A stretch of DNA of 64,000 nucleotides from Eledone cirrhosa. Taxonomy: Eukaryota. Each line of letters begins with the position of its first letter. Positions within the stretch are counted from its first letter, which is position 1. The stretch covers positions 24,986,001-25,050,000 of the forward strand of contig OZ024743.1 of assembly GCA_964016885.1 (NCBI GenBank), given 5' to 3'. The notes beneath the pieces were generated by a model that was given only the letters and a program-made list of their open reading frames with translations, did not search any database and was not told where the DNA came from. Below, one piece after another: positions 1 through 14,819 of this stretch. Position numbers and translations under genes: made by a program.

Positions 1-3000
1 GTGGTAGTTGTGTGATTATAGGTGTTGTAACTATAGTATTGGTGGTAGTTGTGTGTTTGTAGGTGTTGTAACTATAGTATTGGTGGTAGTGGTGTGATTG
101 TAGGTGTTGTAACTAGTATTGGTGGTAGTTGTGAGGTTATAGGTGTTGTAACTCTAGTATTGGTGGTAGTTGTGAGGTTATAGGTGTTGTAACTATAGTA
201 TTGGTGGTAGTTGTGAGGTTATAGGTGTTGTAACTATAGTATTGGTGGTAGTTGTGTGATTAGGGGTGTTGTGACTATAGTATTGGTAGTAGTTGTGAGG
301 TTATAGGTGTTGTAACTATAGTATTGGTGGTAGTTGTGTGATTAGGGTGTTGTAACTATAGTATTGGTAGTAGTTGTGAGGTTATAGGTGCTGTAACTAT
401 AGTATTAGTCGTAGTTGTGAGGTTATAGATGTTGTAACTATAGTATTAGTCGTAGTTGTGAGGTTATAGATGTTGTAACTATAGTATTAGTGGTAGTTGT
501 GAGGTTATAGGTGTTGTAACTATAGTATTGGTGGTAGTTGTGTGATTAGGGTGTTGTAACTATAGTATTAGTGTTAGTTGTGAGGTTATAGGTGCTGTAA
601 CTATAGTATTGGTGGTAGTTGTGTGATTAGGGTGTTGTAACTATAGTATTGGTAGTAGTTGTGAGGTTATAGGTGTTGTAACTATAGTATTGGTGGTAGT
701 TGTGAGGTTATAGGTGTTGTAACTATAGTATTGGTGGTAGTTGTGTGATTAGGGTGTTGTAACTATAGTATTAGTGGTAGTTCTGAGGTTATAGGTGTTG
801 TAACTATAGTATTGGTGGTAGTTGTGAGGTTATAGGTGTTGTAACTATAGTATTGGTGGTAGTTGTGAGGTTATAGCTGTTGTAACTATGGTATTGGTGG
901 TAGTTGTGAGGTTATAGGTGTTGTAACTATAGTATTGGTGGTAGTTGTGTGATTAGGATGTTGTAACTATAGTATTGGTGGTAGTTGTGTGGTTATAGGT
1001 GTTGTAACTATAGTATTGGTGGTAGTTGTGTGATTGTAGGTGTTGTAACTCTAGTATTGGTGGTAGTTGTGTGGTTGTAGGTGTTGTAACTCTAGTATTG
1101 GTGGTAGTTGTGTGATTGTAGGTGTTGTAACTCTAGTATTGGTGGTAGTTGTGTGATTGTAGGTGTTGTAACTATGGTATTGGTGGTAGTTGTGTGATCG
1201 TAGGTGTTGTAACTATGGTATTGGTGGTAGTTGTGAGGTTATAGGGGTTGTAACTATAGTATTAGTGGTAGTTGTGAGGTTATAGGTGTTGTAACTATAG
1301 TATTGGTGGTAGTTGTGAGGTTATAGGTGTTGTAACTATAGTATTGGTGGTAGTTGTGAGGTTATAGGTGTTGTAACTATAGTATTGGTGGTAGTTGTGA
1401 GGTTATAGGTGTTGTAACTATAGTATTGGTGGTAGTTGTGAGGTTATAGGTGTTGTAACTATAGTATTGGTGGGAGTTGTGAGGTTATAGGTGTTGTAAC
1501 TCTAGTATTGGTGGTAGTTGTGAGGTTATAGGTGTTGTAACTATAGTATTGGTGGTAGTTGTGAGGTTATAGGTGTTGTAACTCTAGTATTGGTGGTAGT
1601 TGTGTGATTGTAGGTGTTGTAACTCTAGTATTAGTGGTAGTTGTGAGGTTATAGGTGTTGTAACTCTAGTATTGGTGGTAGTTGTGTGATTGTAGGTGTT
1701 GTAACTCTAGTATTGGTGGTAGTTGTGTGATTGTAGGTGTTGTAACTATAGTATTGGTGGTAGTTGTGAGGTTATAGGTGTTGTAACTCTAGTATTGGTG
1801 GTAGTTGTGTGATTGTAGGTGTTGCAACTATAGTATTAGTGGTAGTTGTGAGGTTATAGGTGTTGTAACTCTAGTATTGGTGGTAGTTGTGTGATTGTAG
1901 GTGTTGTAACTATAGTATTGGTGGTAGTTGTGAGGTTATAGGTGTTGTAACTCTAGTATTGGTGGTAGTTGTGAGGTTATAGGTGTTGTAACTCTAGTAT
2001 TGGTGGTAGTTGTGAGGTTATAGGTGTTGTAACTATAGTATTGGTGGTAGTTGTGAGGTTATAGGTGTTGTAACTATAGTATTGGTGGTAGTTCTGAGGT
2101 TATAGGTGTTGTAACTCTAGTATTGGTGGTAGTTGTGTGATTGTAGGTGTTGTAACTCTAGTATTGGTGGTAGTTGTGAGGTTATAGGTGTTGTAACTCT
2201 AGTATTGGTGTTAGTTGTGAAGTTATAGGTGTTGTAACTATAGTATTGGTGGTAGTTGTGTGATTGTAGGTGTTGTAACTCTAGTATTGGTGGCAGTTGT
2301 GAGGTTATAGGTGTTGTAACTATAGTATTGGTGGTAGTTGTGTGATTGTAGGTGTTGTAACTATAGTATTGGTGGTAGTTGTGAGGTTATAGGTGTTGTA
2401 ACTCTAGTATTGGTGGTAGTTGTGAGGTTATAGGTGTTGTAACTATAGTATTGGTGGTAGTTGTGTGATTGTAGGTGTTGTAACTCTAGTATTGGTGGCA
2501 GTTGTGAGGTTATAGGTGTTGTAACTATAGTATTGGTGGTAGTTGTGAGGTTATAGGGGTTGTAACTATAGTATTAGTGGTAGTTGTGAGGTTATAGGTG
2601 TTGTAACTATAGTATTGGTGGTAGTTGTGTGATTATAGGTGTTGTAACTATAGTATTGGTGGTAGTTGTGTGTTTGTAGGTGTTGTAACTATAGTATTGG
2701 TGGTAGTGGTGTGATTGTAGGTGTTGTAACTATAGTATTGGTGGTAGTTGTGAGGTTATAGGTGTTGTAACTCTAGTATTGGTGGTAGTTGTGAGGTTAT
2801 AGGTGTTGTAACTCTAGTATTGGGGTTGTTGTGAGGTTATAGGTGTTGTAACTATAGTATTGGTGGTAGTTGTGTGATTGTAGGTGTTGTAACTCTAGTA
2901 TTGGTGGCAGTTGTGAGGTTATAGGTGTTGTAACTATAGTATTGGTGGTAGTTGTGTGATTGTAGGTATTGTAACTCTAGTATTGGTGGTAGTTGTGAGG

Positions 3001-4820
3001 TTATAGGTGTTGTAACTATAGTATTGGTGGTAGTTGTGAGGTTATAGGTGTTGTAACTCTAGTATTGGTGGTAGTTGTGAGGTTATAGGTGTTGTAACTC
3101 TAGTATTGGTGGCAGTTGTGAGGTTATAGGTGTTGTAACTATAGTATTGGTGGTAGTTGTGAGGTTATAGGGGTTGTAACTATAGTATTAGTGGTAGTTG
3201 TGAGGTTATAGGTGTTGTAACTATAGTATTGGTGGTAGTTGTGTGATTATAGGTGTTGTAACTATAGTATTGGTGGTAGTTGTGTGTTTGTAGGTGTTGT
3301 AACTATAGTATTGGTGGTAGTGGTGTGATTGTAGGTGTTGTAACTAGTATTGGTGGTAGTTGTGAGGTTATAGGTGTTGTAACTCTAGTATTGGTGGTAG
3401 TTGTGAGGTTATAGGTGTTGTAACTATAGTATTGGTGGTAGTTGTGAGGTTATAGGTGTTGTAACTATAGTATTGGTGGTAGTTGTGTGATTAGGGGTGT
3501 TGTGACTATAGTATTGGTAGTAGTTGTGAGGTTATAGGTGTTGTAACTATAGTATTGGTGGTAGTTGTGTGATTAGGGTGTTGTAACTATAGTATTGGTA
3601 GTAGTTGTGAGGTTATAGGTGCTGTAACTATAGTATTAGTCGTAGTTGTGAGGTTATAGATGTTGTAACTATAGTATTAGTCGTAGTTGTGAGGTTATAG
3701 ATGTTGTAACTATAGTATTAGTGGTAGTTGTGAGGTTATAGGTGTTGTAACTATAGTATTGGTGGTAGTTGTGTGATTAGGGTGTTGTAACTATAGTATT
3801 AGTGTTAGTTGTGAGGTTATAGGTGCTGTAACTATAGTATTGGTGGTAGTTGTGTGATTAGGGTGTTGTAACTATAGTATTGGTAGTAGTTGTGAGGTTA
3901 TAGGTGTTGTAACTATAGTATTGGTGGTAGTTGTGAGGTTATAGGTGTTGTAACTATAGTATTGGTGGTAGTTGTGTGATTAGGGTGTTGTAACTATAGT
4001 ATTAGTGGTAGTTCTGAGGTTATAGGTGTTGTAACTATAGTATTGGTGGTAGTTGTGAGGTTATAGGTGTTGTAACTATAGTATTGGTGGTAGTTGTGAG
4101 GTTATAGCTGTTGTAACTATGGTATTGGTGGTAGTTGTGAGGTTATAGGTGTTGTAACTATAGTATTGGTGGTAGTTGTGTGATTAGGATGTTGTAACTA
4201 TAGTATTGGTGGTAGTTGTGAGGTTATAGGTGTTGTAACTATAGTATTGGTGGTAGTTGTGAGGTTATAGGTGTTGTAACTATAGTATTGGTGGTAGTTG
4301 TGTGATTAGGGTGTTGTAACTATAGTATTAGTGGTAGTTGTGAGGTTATAGGTGTTGTAACTATAGTATTGGTGGTAGTTGTGAGGTTATAGGTGTTGTA
4401 ACTATAGTATTAGTGGTAGTTGTGATGTTATAGGTGTTGTAACTATAGTATTGATGGTAGTTGTGAGGTTATAGGTGTTGTAACTATAGTATTGGTGGTA
4501 GTTGTAATGTTATAGGTGCTGTAACTATAGTATTGGTGGTAGTTCGTGATGTTATAGGTGTTGTAACTATAGTATTGGTGGTAGTTGTGAGGTTATAGAT
4601 GCTGTAACTATAGTATTGGTGGTAGTTGTGTGATTAGGATTGTTGGAACTATAGTATTAGTATTAGTTGTGAGGTTATAGGTGTTGTAACTATAGTATTG
4701 GTGGTAGTTGTGAGGTTAGGGTGTTGTAACTATAGTATTGGTGGTAGTTGTGAGGTTAGGGTGTTGTAACTATAGTATTGGTGGTAGTTGTGAGGTTATA
4801 GGTGCTGTAACTAGTATTAG
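1..4820. repeat. 41-bp tandem satellite, C-poor on + strand
   Basis: Unit GTATTGGTGGTAGTTGTGAGGTTATAGGTGTTGTAACTATA repeated from the window start to about 4820, with point variants and 39-40 bp variants. Confidence 0.98.
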
Positions 4821-5336
4821 ATGGTGGTAAGATGTAACATATGATACGCAACAATAAAATAAATTGCACAAGCAACATTGTTATAGTATTCTATATATTT
4901 GATTTGATTTTACCTTTGACAATAAGTTATAGTTTGATATATTCAATATCAGCTTTAACTTTATTGAAAACCCTCGCAAAAACTATTCCTGCCGACGTAG
5001 ATTTTACTTACCATTCTTCTGAAGTCGACCAAATATGTAACTTAGGTTAACATGGTCGACTATATCACTCCTTCGAAATTTAAGGTTTTTACCAATGTTA
5101 TAAATCAAGATTTTAACGGAAATTAACAAACGTAGAATTTAAAATATGGACCAAATTTCACTCAGCAAGAAAACAGAACGATTATTTACCACATATGTGT
5201 GTTTGTTTCGTAATGCATCTATCAATGTGTACAAATGTATGAAAAGGGAAAAGTACATTTTTGGTATTCACACCGACATATTTCGTCTTACGGTTTATTT
5301 AATTTAATTATTCTCGACAAAACACAAGGAAAGATG

Positions 5337-5432
5337 GGATATGAACCAATAATAACTAGTGGCGTGACTGAAACAGCCTAGACAGGATATGAACCAATAA
5401 TAACTAGTAGCGTGACTGAAACAGCCTAGACA
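5337..5432. repeat. 48-bp tandem duplication
   Basis: GGATATGAACCAATAATAACTAGT(G/A)GCGTGACTGAAACAGCCTAGACA twice, one mismatch. Confidence 0.9.
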
Positions 5433-6283
5433 TACACCTTCTGTGTGATTCGAATTCGTTCCGAACATTGAATTAAAACAGTTTTCTATCTGTCGTTTAG
5501 CGATTCACATATAATTAAGAAGCACAATTTCATTTGGAAACTGATACGAACTTACAACGACATATTTGACTTTGTGATTTATTTAATGTAATACATAATT
5601 ATAATAGTTGTATTTAGTGAGGCTAGAAATCTATGCGGATACGCGTACAGAAATTCGCATTTATTCTTATTGAATATATTATTTAACGGGAAAAAGTCTA
5701 ATTCCAAAGAAGCGATATGGACATGTCAAAGACAGAAGTGATCTCTAGCCTGGTTTAGGATGTTATTTTTTTCTTCTGTTCTTGGAGGTTGAGAATTTAT
5801 ATGGCTTTGAATGTATCCAAGAACGGGTTTCATGATAGTTTTCCTGTTGCCATTGTTGATGTTGATCTTGGCGATTTATTTAAACGAGCTCCCATCGAAG
5901 AGAAGGATGGCTTACAAGTAGCCAATCGGATTTAAAATACCAATATTGTTTTTACTTTTCGAAGTCTACTAGCCTCTAAAGTATTATTGATACTGAAGTG
6001 CTGAAAATGAGCCTTTAGCAAAATGTTGCTACTGATCTGTAAATTATCGAGCAAAAGCTGTTATTTCTCCATTTAGCTATAAATGTAATTTAACCCTAAC
6101 AGTTCGGCTGACCAATATCTGAACCTGAAGGCTTTTGTATAGTGCATGTCGGATAAAGTAGACAATTGGTACTGTTCAATGTAAACAGTTAGTGAAGCAT
6201 TTGAGATGTCTATCTGTGCTCAAAATCATTTTTGAAATGCAAAAACAAGGAATAGGTTTAGTATAATGCTAAATATAACTAAT

Positions 6284-6504
6284 GATGGTTTCTGATTTAG
6301 GTACAAGGCCAACAAATTTTTGGGGAAGGGAAAGTCGATTAAATTGACCCCAGTGTGTTACTGGTGCTTTATTTTATCGACCCCGTAAGGATGAAAGGCA
6401 AAGCTAACCTCGGCGGGATTTGAACGCAGAACGTAAAGGGTCGTAACTCTCTGCTACAAAAGCATGTTGTCCGCGCTTAACCGATACTGCCAATCCACCG
6501 CCCT
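6284..6504 (-). mobile_element. tRNA-derived SINE, family S1
   Basis: Reverse complement of GGATTGGCAGTATCGG (A box) ... GTTCAAATCCC (B box) ... CTTTCATCCTTACGGGGTCGATAAAATAAAG; many homologous copies in the window. Confidence 0.85.
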
Positions 6505-7143
6505 AATAATAACAAATATCAATTTATTTAGTGTGCATAGGGTGGAGATTTTGTATGAAAAAATTTTACGTATATTGCTGGGATATATTTTCACGACTTT
6601 AGTGAAATGAGATTTGAGGTATGAAAACAGATGATAAAAGAATTACAAAATAACATTAATAAATCTAAGACGATGTCTGATAAATGTTTGGTGCAGAAAT
6701 CTATAGTTCGTGTCTTATTTCAGCCATTGCACCCAGAACTCCAGTTTGCTCTTTTCACCCACCGAGAGGTAAATATAGGGGATATGCAGTTAACCACTAC
6801 AAGTAGTGTTTGGTTAGCTTGCAGTCTTGAATAGAATTACTGTTGCTGCTATTATGTATTCCCCTGTCAAGCCTGATCTATAATAAAAGACGTTCCAGCC
6901 ATGAAAGACCCTTTAGCTTCTAGATATTTATAACTTTGATCTTGTTTGGCTCCAGTTCAGTGTTGCACAGATAAACGTATAATTAAAGGCATTCTAGTTA
7001 TGACCATCCTGCCATTTTTTGTCTGACATAATATATCAATGACTCTTTATATAATGTAAGTAATGTGACCCTCATATAGTGTGGCAGTTGAGGGGGATAT
7101 TGTTCTTATATATCAGATCAAGCGACCACGTAATGGCTCCTTG

Positions 7144-7304
7144 CTAGTTCGTACTTGAAAACTGACATGAGATGGGCATACATGTCCAAAACCATTTATA
7201 GAATGCATGGATAAAACTGGAGGTCTCTTGAAGCATATAAAACAAAAGAGGTGTGAAAATGTATAAAGTTGTCATGATAGATGGAATCCATTTAGGAAAC
7301 TGGC
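7144..7304 (-). CDS. candidate terminal exon, hydrophobic peptide (QFPKWIPSIMTTLYIFTPLLFYMLQETSSFIHAFYKWFWTC...stop)
   Basis: Acceptor TTCTGTATTACTGCAG, only one open frame, phase-compatible with the candidate exon at 11006-11063; no homologue recognised. Confidence 0.3.
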
Positions 7305-7386
7305 CTGCAGTAATACAGAAGGAATAAAATTCCATGATATTTTACGCTTATAAATAAATAAATATTCAATATATATTTATAAGTTT

Positions 7387-9231
<1,845 letters not shown>

Positions 9232-9473
9232 GTGATTCAGTAGATTTGTGATTTACTGATGACGGTACGATTATCAGCACTCTATGCAATAACAGAGTGG
9301 ATACTTTAGCAATAACAAAATCATTGCAGCTTTTATTGATCAGGCTCAGTTAGGAACGTTTCATATATGGCTGGCCCAGGACCTATATTCCTATTATAGA
9401 CCTGACTCCAGCTGCAATGCTCTCATCAGATAATACTAATATGGACCCAGAGCCACCCATCTATGGAACTGTA

Positions 9474-9524
<51 letters not shown>

Positions 9525-9527
<3 letters not shown>

Positions 9528-9779
9528 AAAGGTAAACAGAAATAACAACACAATCAGTACAGTATATGGAAGGGATATATTAGGTTAACGCTTGATATAG
9601 CAGGAAGGGTCAGGACCGTTTCGACTGTTACATCCGAACGTTCGGATCTAGCTGTCGAAACGGCCGGAGCTCAGCCGTCGGGGTCCTGACTCTTTCCCTA
9701 TTACCCACTCTACCACCCTAAGTATCGAGTACCCTTGTGCGTTATGGTTCACCTGGTTTCTTACCACAGTTTCTTTGTT
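9525..9779. mobile_element. head-to-head composite: family F tail (-) plus half-hammerhead family A (+), inside (TA)n
   Basis: 9525-9600 is nearly identical to 19568-19640. Central hairpin GACTGTTACATCCGAAC/GTTCGGATCTAGCTGTC; right arm GAAACGGC-CGGAGCTCA-GCCGTC plus the family A tail. Confidence 0.75.
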
Positions 9780-9829
9780 ATATATATATATATATAACCC
9801 CTTCATCCAATGAGCGGTGTTCCATCTGT

Positions 9830-9965
9830 TTGTTCAGAGGAACAGCCTGTTTGTGGAACTAACAGGGTAGTTGCTGAGCATTTGATAGTAACATGTACTA
9901 CTAGCGTTGTTCTCAGGGAGATTCAGCCTGAGACAGTGTGGGACAATGCTGGCCCTTCCAACCGT
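9830..9965 (-). mobile_element. SINE 3' fragment (family S2 tail)
   Basis: Similar to 30320-30460 and 32305-32440. Confidence 0.6.
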
Positions 9966-10023
9966 ACACCCTAACCAATATATATCCCACACACGCACAT
10001 ACACGCGCACACACACGCGCACG

Positions 10024-10094
<71 letters not shown>

Positions 10095-10100
10095 ACACAG

Positions 10101-10142
<42 letters not shown>

Positions 10143-11005
10143 TTATATCTATTTATATAAGACTGTATGTTAATATGTGTATGTGTATGTACTGTTATAT
10201 TTAATATACACATGCTAATATATACACACACATATATAGAAAGATAAATTTCTTTATTAGCCACAAGGGCACAAACGAAGGGGACAAATACAAATGGGGA
10301 GTTTACATACAGTTATATGAAAATAAAACTATTAATACAATAACAAATAACAATTGAAATCCCCAATAGGGGGGGGGGTGTTTCAGTGTACAACCCTCAT
10401 CTCCAGAGTGAGTACTCCCTTCCTCTCTTTCTCTTTTTCCTCAACCTACAGGCTTATATAGAGAGAAGGCCCAACCACTGGGGCCATCTTTGCCACATTC
10501 ACCCACCTGTATAGAGAGATAGATTGATAGATAGATACACACATACATACATACATACATACCTATATACATATATACATACATACATACATATCTACCT
10601 ATATACATATATACATACATACATACGTATATATATATGCACATATTTACGTACATACATATATACGAAAAAGGGAAGATAATATATACATCATACATAT
10701 AACATATCATACATATAACATATACGTATAACATATCATACTCTCATACATATGTAAGTCAAGTTTATGACATATACTAAAGTCATTTAACCATGTATAA
10801 CGAACTAATTTATTTTTTCGTCACGACTTTCTAAATCAATATATCCTTTAAAGAACAAGGAAAAAAGAAGAATTATTTTATATATTACAAAGATGAAGGG
10901 GAAGAAGAACGAACACAGAGCACAGGCAAACACACACACACACACACACAGACATATATATACACATACATATACTTACATACACACACACATACACACA
11001 CTTAC

Positions 11006-11063
11006 AGACAACAACAAAAGCAGTTCTAATGAGTAATAATAAAAGTGAACTACATAAGTAAAA
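11006..11063 (-). CDS. candidate internal exon (FYLCSSLLLLLIRTAFVVV)
   Basis: Pyrimidine-rich acceptor ...TTGCTGCAG, donor GTAAGT, phase 0 to 1; an alternative acceptor at 11119 is also in frame. Confidence 0.3.
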
Positions 11064-11279
11064 CTGCAGCAACGTTAAAATAGAAAGATTTGAAGGATAA
11101 AAATCAATTTGCTTTCTTCCTATAATAATGTATTTTCACCTTCTTTTAATTCTGTTCACTGTTTTATCCTCTCTTTTCTTTTACTAATTTTATAAATACG
11201 TATATACTTATATACATTTATGCACTTACAAAGACACACACATACACAACATTTGTAAGTATATATATATGTATACATA

Positions 11280-11385
<106 letters not shown>

Positions 11386-11492
11386 CATATATATATCGAT
11401 AGATAGATATATACATCGATAGATAGATAGAAATGGAGAGTATGTACATACGTACATACGTACGTATATACATACATGAATATATATATATA

Positions 11493-11613
<121 letters not shown>

Positions 11614-11614
11614 C

Positions 11615-11667
<53 letters not shown>

Positions 11668-11751
11668 GTAGGAGATTGAGAGAATGTTGAATGTTGTGCC
11701 TCTCTAAGAGTGTGTATGTAACTATCGGTAGGACACACACACACACACACA

Positions 11752-11839
<88 letters not shown>

Positions 11840-12230
11840 CAAATATTTCTATAGGTGTCCATATACGGCATCTGCAGGCAGGCATATTAATGTGGATGTG
11901 GATGTATGTCTGAGTGTTTGTGTGTGTATGTATGTATGTGAGTGTGTGCATGTGTACATGTGTGTTTGTGTGTTTCTTTCTAGCCTTGAGTTATACAAAG
12001 AACAACGTGTGGATAGGATTCTTTTCATAATACTAATTCATTTAAAGTTGGTTAAGAAATCAGATTATATTGTTTGATACTGTTTGATGGCATTTTATAT
12101 ATCTGAATAGGAGAAATTCTATGACTTTGTACTCTCCTTCAAATAAATCAGTCAAATTACATATATATATATATATATATAAATATATATATATATATGT
12201 GTGTGTGTGTTTGTGTGTGTGTGCGTGTGA

Positions 12231-12277
<47 letters not shown>

Positions 12278-12729
12278 TGCGCGCGCGCGTGTGTGTGTGT
12301 GTGTGTGCATGTGTGTATGTATATATATATATAGAGCGGTAGATAGATAAATATATAGACACATACACCCTAGTATCTGTATGTATGTGATCTTTTGGAT
12401 GTACGGCTATGTGTGTGTGTGTGTGTACATTCACTTCTGTGTCTGTGTAGGTAATTGCGTGTATATGTGTGTGTGTGTAAACTCACTTGTGTATCTGTGT
12501 AGGTAATTGCGTGTATATGTTTGTGCAGTTATACATATGTGCAGATATAGAGAGAAGAAAGATGGTGAAACAGAAGGAAGAAGAGATACAGAGAGAAAAA
12601 AAGAAGAAATGCGTGGAAAGAATAAAAATAATGGAAAATGTTTTCATCATTTGTAAAGTGTCAATCTGCCATATTGAATTGTCTGAATTTTTTCCCCATT
12701 TCATTATCATTCTTTTTATGTTAAAGCTT

Positions 12730-12935
12730 GGAATGGCAGAATCGTTAGAGCGCCGGCTAAAATCCCTTGTGGTATTTTGTTACGACTCTTTTCTTTCAGA
12801 GTTCAAATCCTGTCGAATTCAACCTTCTTTTCATTTTCATCTAGGGCTTATTAAAATAAAATACCAGTCATACATTGGCCTCCCGGTGTCGACTTATCCT
12901 TCCCATCAATATTGTTGACGTTCCTAAATTAGAAA
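12730..12935 (+). mobile_element. SINE family S1, diverged
   Basis: TGGCAGAATCGTTAG ... GAGTTCAAATCC ... AAAATAAAATACCAGT. Confidence 0.7.
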
Positions 12936-13157
12936 ATTTTTCTTTTATTTTGTTCATTCCTTGACTTATTCTATCGATCTCTCTCTATCTACCCCTCCAC
13001 CTCTCTTTCTTTTTCTGCCCCTTTTCTCTCTTATTCTCACTTTCCCTTTGTCTGTCACTCGTTATATCCTTTTCTTAAATTTCCAAACTCTCTTTTTCAC
13101 TTAAAAGCTCTTTATCTCAATTTTGAAGTCTCTTCATTTTACTTTCTACCTTACCCA

Positions 13158-13190
<33 letters not shown>

Positions 13191-13199
13191 TATACGTAA

Positions 13200-13241
13200 A
13201 TGATTTCTCCCGAATGAAACGGTTCTAGTCCTGTAGAAGCC
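13200..13241 (+). ncRNA. 5'-truncated hammerhead ribozyme, family E
   Basis: ATGA-TTTC TCCC GAAT-GAAA-CGG TTCTAGTC CTG-TA-GAAGCC; homologous to 25641-25691 and 42623-42673. Confidence 0.6.
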
Positions 13242-13393
13242 TCTTTTCTCTCTCTATATATATAAAGCAACTAAAACAAAAATGCACTAAACAGATTACT
13301 ATTGACGTAGAAATATTGATGGCTACAATAAACAAGAAAGGAGGGTCCAAATATAAAGTTATTATCAGGATATTGAGATTGGAATTGCCTTAC

Positions 13394-13504
13394 TGTCTTA
13401 GAGCTTTCAAGTAATATATTATCTCTATCATGTATTTTAGGTGTGTTGCTTAAACAACAGAACAGGTCTTTTGTTTTATGTCTTAGAATATCATATCCGG
13501 TCAC
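13394..13504 (-). CDS. candidate internal exon (VTGYDILRHKTKDLFCCLSNTPKIHDRDNILLESSKT)
   Basis: AG acceptor, GTAAGG donor, 111 nt open, phase 0-0. Confidence 0.3.
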
Positions 13505-14159
13505 CTATTAAGTTAATATACTAATGGTCTACTTAATCAAACATATACACAGACACACATATACACACATCATAATCACATAGACAAATATACAATCACA
13601 CATACCCACATTCAAATACACATATATCTGTATGTATGTATGTTTATATAATATATAAAATATATATGTAGTTATATATATATATATGTGTGTTTGTGTA
13701 GTTATATATGTAGTTATATATATATATATATATATGAATGTGTGCGTGAATGAGTATGCGTGCATATGTATGTGTATACATATCTATAAACATACCTGTA
13801 TGTGTGTAATAACGTTTTAATGTAATACGTATCTTTGTCCTTACTTTCCACCATGTTTGTTTTCATTGTTTCATCAGAATTCATTTATCAGAATATAATC
13901 CGGTCACTAAGTAAGAATAAAAATGTTTTCATTCTGTCCAGACAACAATAAATCGAACCAAAACTTGAACTATTTTGAAAACTATGTGATTGTTAGAAGT
14001 TCGAAATTGAATTCGAAATTGAATTTTTTCTGAAGCGTCGGAGTCTTTTATTTTTTTACTATTTACCTTTTACAGGCAATGCTGGGGCACCACCATTAGA
14101 CAATATTCTGGGGTTAATTCTGCAAATTTCCAGTAAATAACACTGCCTCTTGGCTTTTT

Positions 14160-14297
14160 TCATATTACAAAGCCATTAATATCTTTGTACACTGATTTCA
14201 TTTCAGACTTGAAATCCTTTAACCTTTCCTTAGCTATTTGAATCTGCAGTTCCAATGAACGAATTGCAGCAAATACTTGACTCTTCTGTTCTGAGTT
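14160..14297 (-). CDS. candidate exon encoding a coiled-coil-like peptide (NSEQKSQVFAAIRSLELQIQIAKERLKDFKSEMKSVYKDINGFVI*)
   Basis: Strong poly-T-AG acceptor, 45 open codons with protein-like, heptad-like composition. Confidence 0.4.
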   Translation of the reverse strand, partial: NSEQKSQVFAAIRSLELQIQIAKERLKDFKSEMKSVYKDINGFVI

Positions 14298-14569
14298 CTA
14301 AAAAAAACATATGTAACATATATAAATATACAGGAGTTGAGACACAGACAGGTGATAATATTTCTATATTTTAGTTGAGTTACGTAAACCTGGGTATATT
14401 GAAAGCACGTAAAATATGTTGTTACAATGACATCATAGCATCTGTTGGAATAACTTTATGTTAGGGTTTACATCTGAAGACGTACTTTCCATATATCCAG
14501 GAATAAATAACTACGTAAACATAATTAAACTAAAGAAGTTACAGAAATATACATCAGGTAGTATATAAT

Positions 14570-14760
14570 TGTTTTTATTTTGGCACTAGGTAAGTCATTT
14601 GAAGTAGGGAAAACTCGATTAAACCAACCCCAGAGCATTACTGTTACTTTATTTTATTGATCTTGCGAGGATGAAAGGCAAAGCTAACATCGATGGGATT
14701 TGAACTGATAACGTAAAGGGTCAAAATTATATGTGGTAATGCATGTTGTCTGACGCTCTA
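14570..14760 (-). mobile_element. SINE family S1, diverged
   Basis: GGATGAAAGGCAAAGCTAAC ... GGGATTTGAAC. Confidence 0.7.
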
Positions 14761-14819
14761 AGTATTAATAAAATATGGAAATATAATCTCCTGTCTCTGC
14801 CTTAATTCCTGTGTAATTC

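Noticed and set aside
1-4820. CRISPR-like regular repeats
   Set aside because: Contiguous tandem units with no unique spacers and no cas genes, in a eukaryotic context.
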